A stretch of 23,279 nucleotides of DNA from Asterionella formosa (lineage: Eukaryota), in contig NKIB01012180.1 in assembly GCA_002256025.1 (NCBI GenBank), positions 62,001-85,279 on the forward strand. Direction: 5' to 3'. The notes under the pieces were generated by a model, which saw nothing but the letters and a program-made list of their open reading frames with translations, ran no database searches and was not told the DNA's origin. The position numbers and the translations under genes are program-made. Below, piece after piece: positions 21,430 to 23,279 of this stretch. Position 1 is the stretch's first letter. The number at the start of each line of letters is the position of its first letter.

Positions 21430-22341
21430 TCAAAAAGTTCCTCCACGGGCATGAAGAGCTGCAAGTCTTTTTGACTTGCTGGCATCCTGCTTGAAGCTGG
21501 CCATAACCTTATTTTCGTTCGCTAGTTTCTCCGCAGCAATGGCAGCCTTTTCTTCAGGTGTTCGAAGACGGTCAGCCCACTTCTCACTCTTGTATGCGCG
21601 TCCCCCACTGAGTTCCCCAATAAACTTCAAGGGACGGATCGATGCCGGGTTGTAGGGAGATCCGGGCTGCGTGTAGTATGCATCCGGGGCACCAGGTGGA
21701 AGCCCAACAATGGGGTTACCGATGTTGTAACCCCGTGATCGAACCTGCGACTGGTTGTGCAAATGATGGAAGTTGAACACCTTTTCTTGGTGTCCAACAT
21801 TGTGGGTACTAGGGGCGTTCGAATGCTCCAACTGAATAATGTTCTTGGTCTGCTCTTCGATGAGCGCGTCGAAGGAAGATGGAGGAGCGTCATGCATTGA
21901 CGTCATCCAGCCATGCCACTCGGGAGCAATCGAAGAGGAATCAAAGTTGTTGATGTCGCTCGGCTCAACCCAACGATGTTGTCCAAAAATATAGTCCACT
22001 CGGTTTTCATAGTAGCGGTTCCCAGCAGCATCGCATCCCATGTAGGTGCCCATCTTGAAAGGGTAGTCTCCGTTCTGCAGTTTGAGGTAAAGGAAGAAGA
22101 AAAACAAGGAACGATATTCCGGGTCAGCCAACAACAGCAAATGCGCTCATGCAATACAATAACTCCCGAAAATAATTGATCTCAGCTTGGATCAAGGAAT
22201 ACACAATAGAGGACACAACAGTAGCGAAGAGCTATCGGTTTTTCGAGACAAACTCACAGTGTACATGTGCTCCAGCAGGCCCTTCCATCCTCCTCTGTAC
22301 TTGAGCGCCGTTCTGAAGTTTTGAATAACACTATACACCAT
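21430..22341 (-). CDS. NDUFA12: NADH:ubiquinone oxidoreductase subunit NDUFA12 (B17.2) family; exons 22341-22258 and 22074-21430, 242 aa
   Basis: Exon 1 MVYSVIQNFRTALKYRGGWKGLLEHMYT, donor GTGAGT at 22257, pyrimidine tract and CTGCAG acceptor at 22075. Exon 2 GTYMGCDAAGNRYYEN...RWVE...FDSSSIAPEWHGWM...DAPP is the NDUFA12 motif set. Confidence 0.93.
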
Positions 22342-22774
22342 GGTTTGGAAAGGTTGACAACAGCGTCCTCGAGTGAGTCGTCGTTGCAATAAATGGAATA
22401 CATGTACAATTCTATGTACAGAACAGTATGTACCCGGGGGTATTCGGACCCTTACAAAAAGGAGGACTGATGCAATTCGCATAAAACAATTCACTATTTA
22501 TTTAGTACACTAATTTCAGGTGTAGGCAAACACTTCAGCAGAGAGCCAGTCCTTACCGGGTACGAGATTGCCCTAAGTACGGTACATGTAGGCCTCGTCC
22601 CTAATGAGATGGCTGGGTCTGTTGTCCCTTGCTGCTGGGGAATACAACCGGTGTCTCCTGTGTCTCCTTTATTTTCTCTTGCGCACTGCCAGTGTGTTAC
22701 TATGTGTTAAATTGTCTAGTTGAAATATCACAGATCTTACTTTTAAGATCACTAAAGCTGAAAACGTTTTTTCA

Positions 22775-22816
22775 CTTTACACTTTGTAATATTGTCTTTA
22801 CACTTTGTAATATTGT
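22775..22816 (+). repeat. Perfect 21-bp tandem duplication
   Basis: CTTTACACTTTGTAATATTGT x2. Confidence 0.9.
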
Positions 22817-22925
22817 GAGCTTTCTGTTAATAGTCTATCTAGTCTTGTTCTTGCCTGATTACTCATGTAATCCCGAACAACACTTCTCACACTTTCCTTG
22901 ATCCCGTCAAAATGATCTTGCTTAC

Positions 22926-23077
22926 TTTGACAATAAGTAAACATATTCATTTGACAATAAGTGAGCATCACTTATTCATTTGACAATAAATGAGCATATT
23001 CATTTGACAATAAGTGAGCATCTGATTCACTTGTCAATAAGTAAACATCTCGAGTCATTTGTCAATAAGTGTCGCAT
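22926..23077 (+). repeat. Degenerate tandem array, 6 copies of core YTTGWCAATAART, period 24-29 bp
   Basis: Cores start at 22926, 22950, 22979, 23003, 23030 and 23058. Unit consensus is roughly ATTCATTTGACAATAAGTGAGCAT. Confidence 0.9.
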
Positions 23078-23161
23078 GTTTTGGGTCTTGGTTTCTAATC
23101 ACTACTAAAAATATTGATTCTCGACTCATTGGATTCCATACATTTTATCAACTACCGTATA

Positions 23162-23244
23162 CTTCATTGTCCTGGACCCCCCAATGTACACTGCCGTGAC
23201 TGAATTTGACTGATTTTACTTAAGGGGGGTCCAGGACAATGAAG
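23162..23244. repeat. Perfect 21-bp inverted repeat with 41-nt spacer (possible MITE or transposon terminus)
   Basis: CTTCATTGTCCTGGACCCCCC (23162-23182) and GGGGGGTCCAGGACAATGAAG (23224-23244). Confidence 0.9.
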
Positions 23245-23279
23245 AGATTTCCCTTATACTAGTCCTAAGTTAATTTTAT

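Noticed and set aside
22629..22901. 90-aa hydrophobic ORF
   Set aside because: TTG start and T-rich low-complexity sequence that includes the 21-bp duplication; likely non-coding.
22926..23077. CRISPR array
   Set aside because: Linkers are only 11-16 nt and similar to each other rather than unique spacers, there are no cas genes, and the context is eukaryotic.

Overview
Gene-dense, intron-containing eukaryotic nuclear DNA, most consistent with a diatom or another stramenopile (inferred from short GT-AG introns, gene density and the retroelement type; not proven). Genes in order: a two-exon MYCBP/AMY-1 gene; a BMT5/DUF2431 methyltransferase-S4-RluA-type pseudouridine synthase fusion; an acidic secreted protein resembling bacterial DUF6263; a hypothetical protein; a small two-exon gene missing from the ORF track that resembles the DASH/Dam1 kinetochore subunit Dad1; a family-6-type uracil/hypoxanthine-DNA glycosylase; a thioredoxin-like [2Fe-2S]/TPR protein; the spliceosomal helicase Aquarius (2 exons); and NDUFA12 (2 exons). 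A full-length but decayed Ty3/Gypsy LTR retrotransposon (11499-16465; LTRs 175/177 bp; TSD CCAGG) has no canonical tRNA primer site and is inserted into an 18-bp palindrome. That palindrome belongs to a GGTACC/CCAGGTAC motif family that clusters upstream of most genes here. The right end of the window carries a six-copy TTGWCAATAAGT array and a perfect 21-bp inverted repeat, probably a non-autonomous transposon. All family calls come from motif recognition by eye, not database searches.
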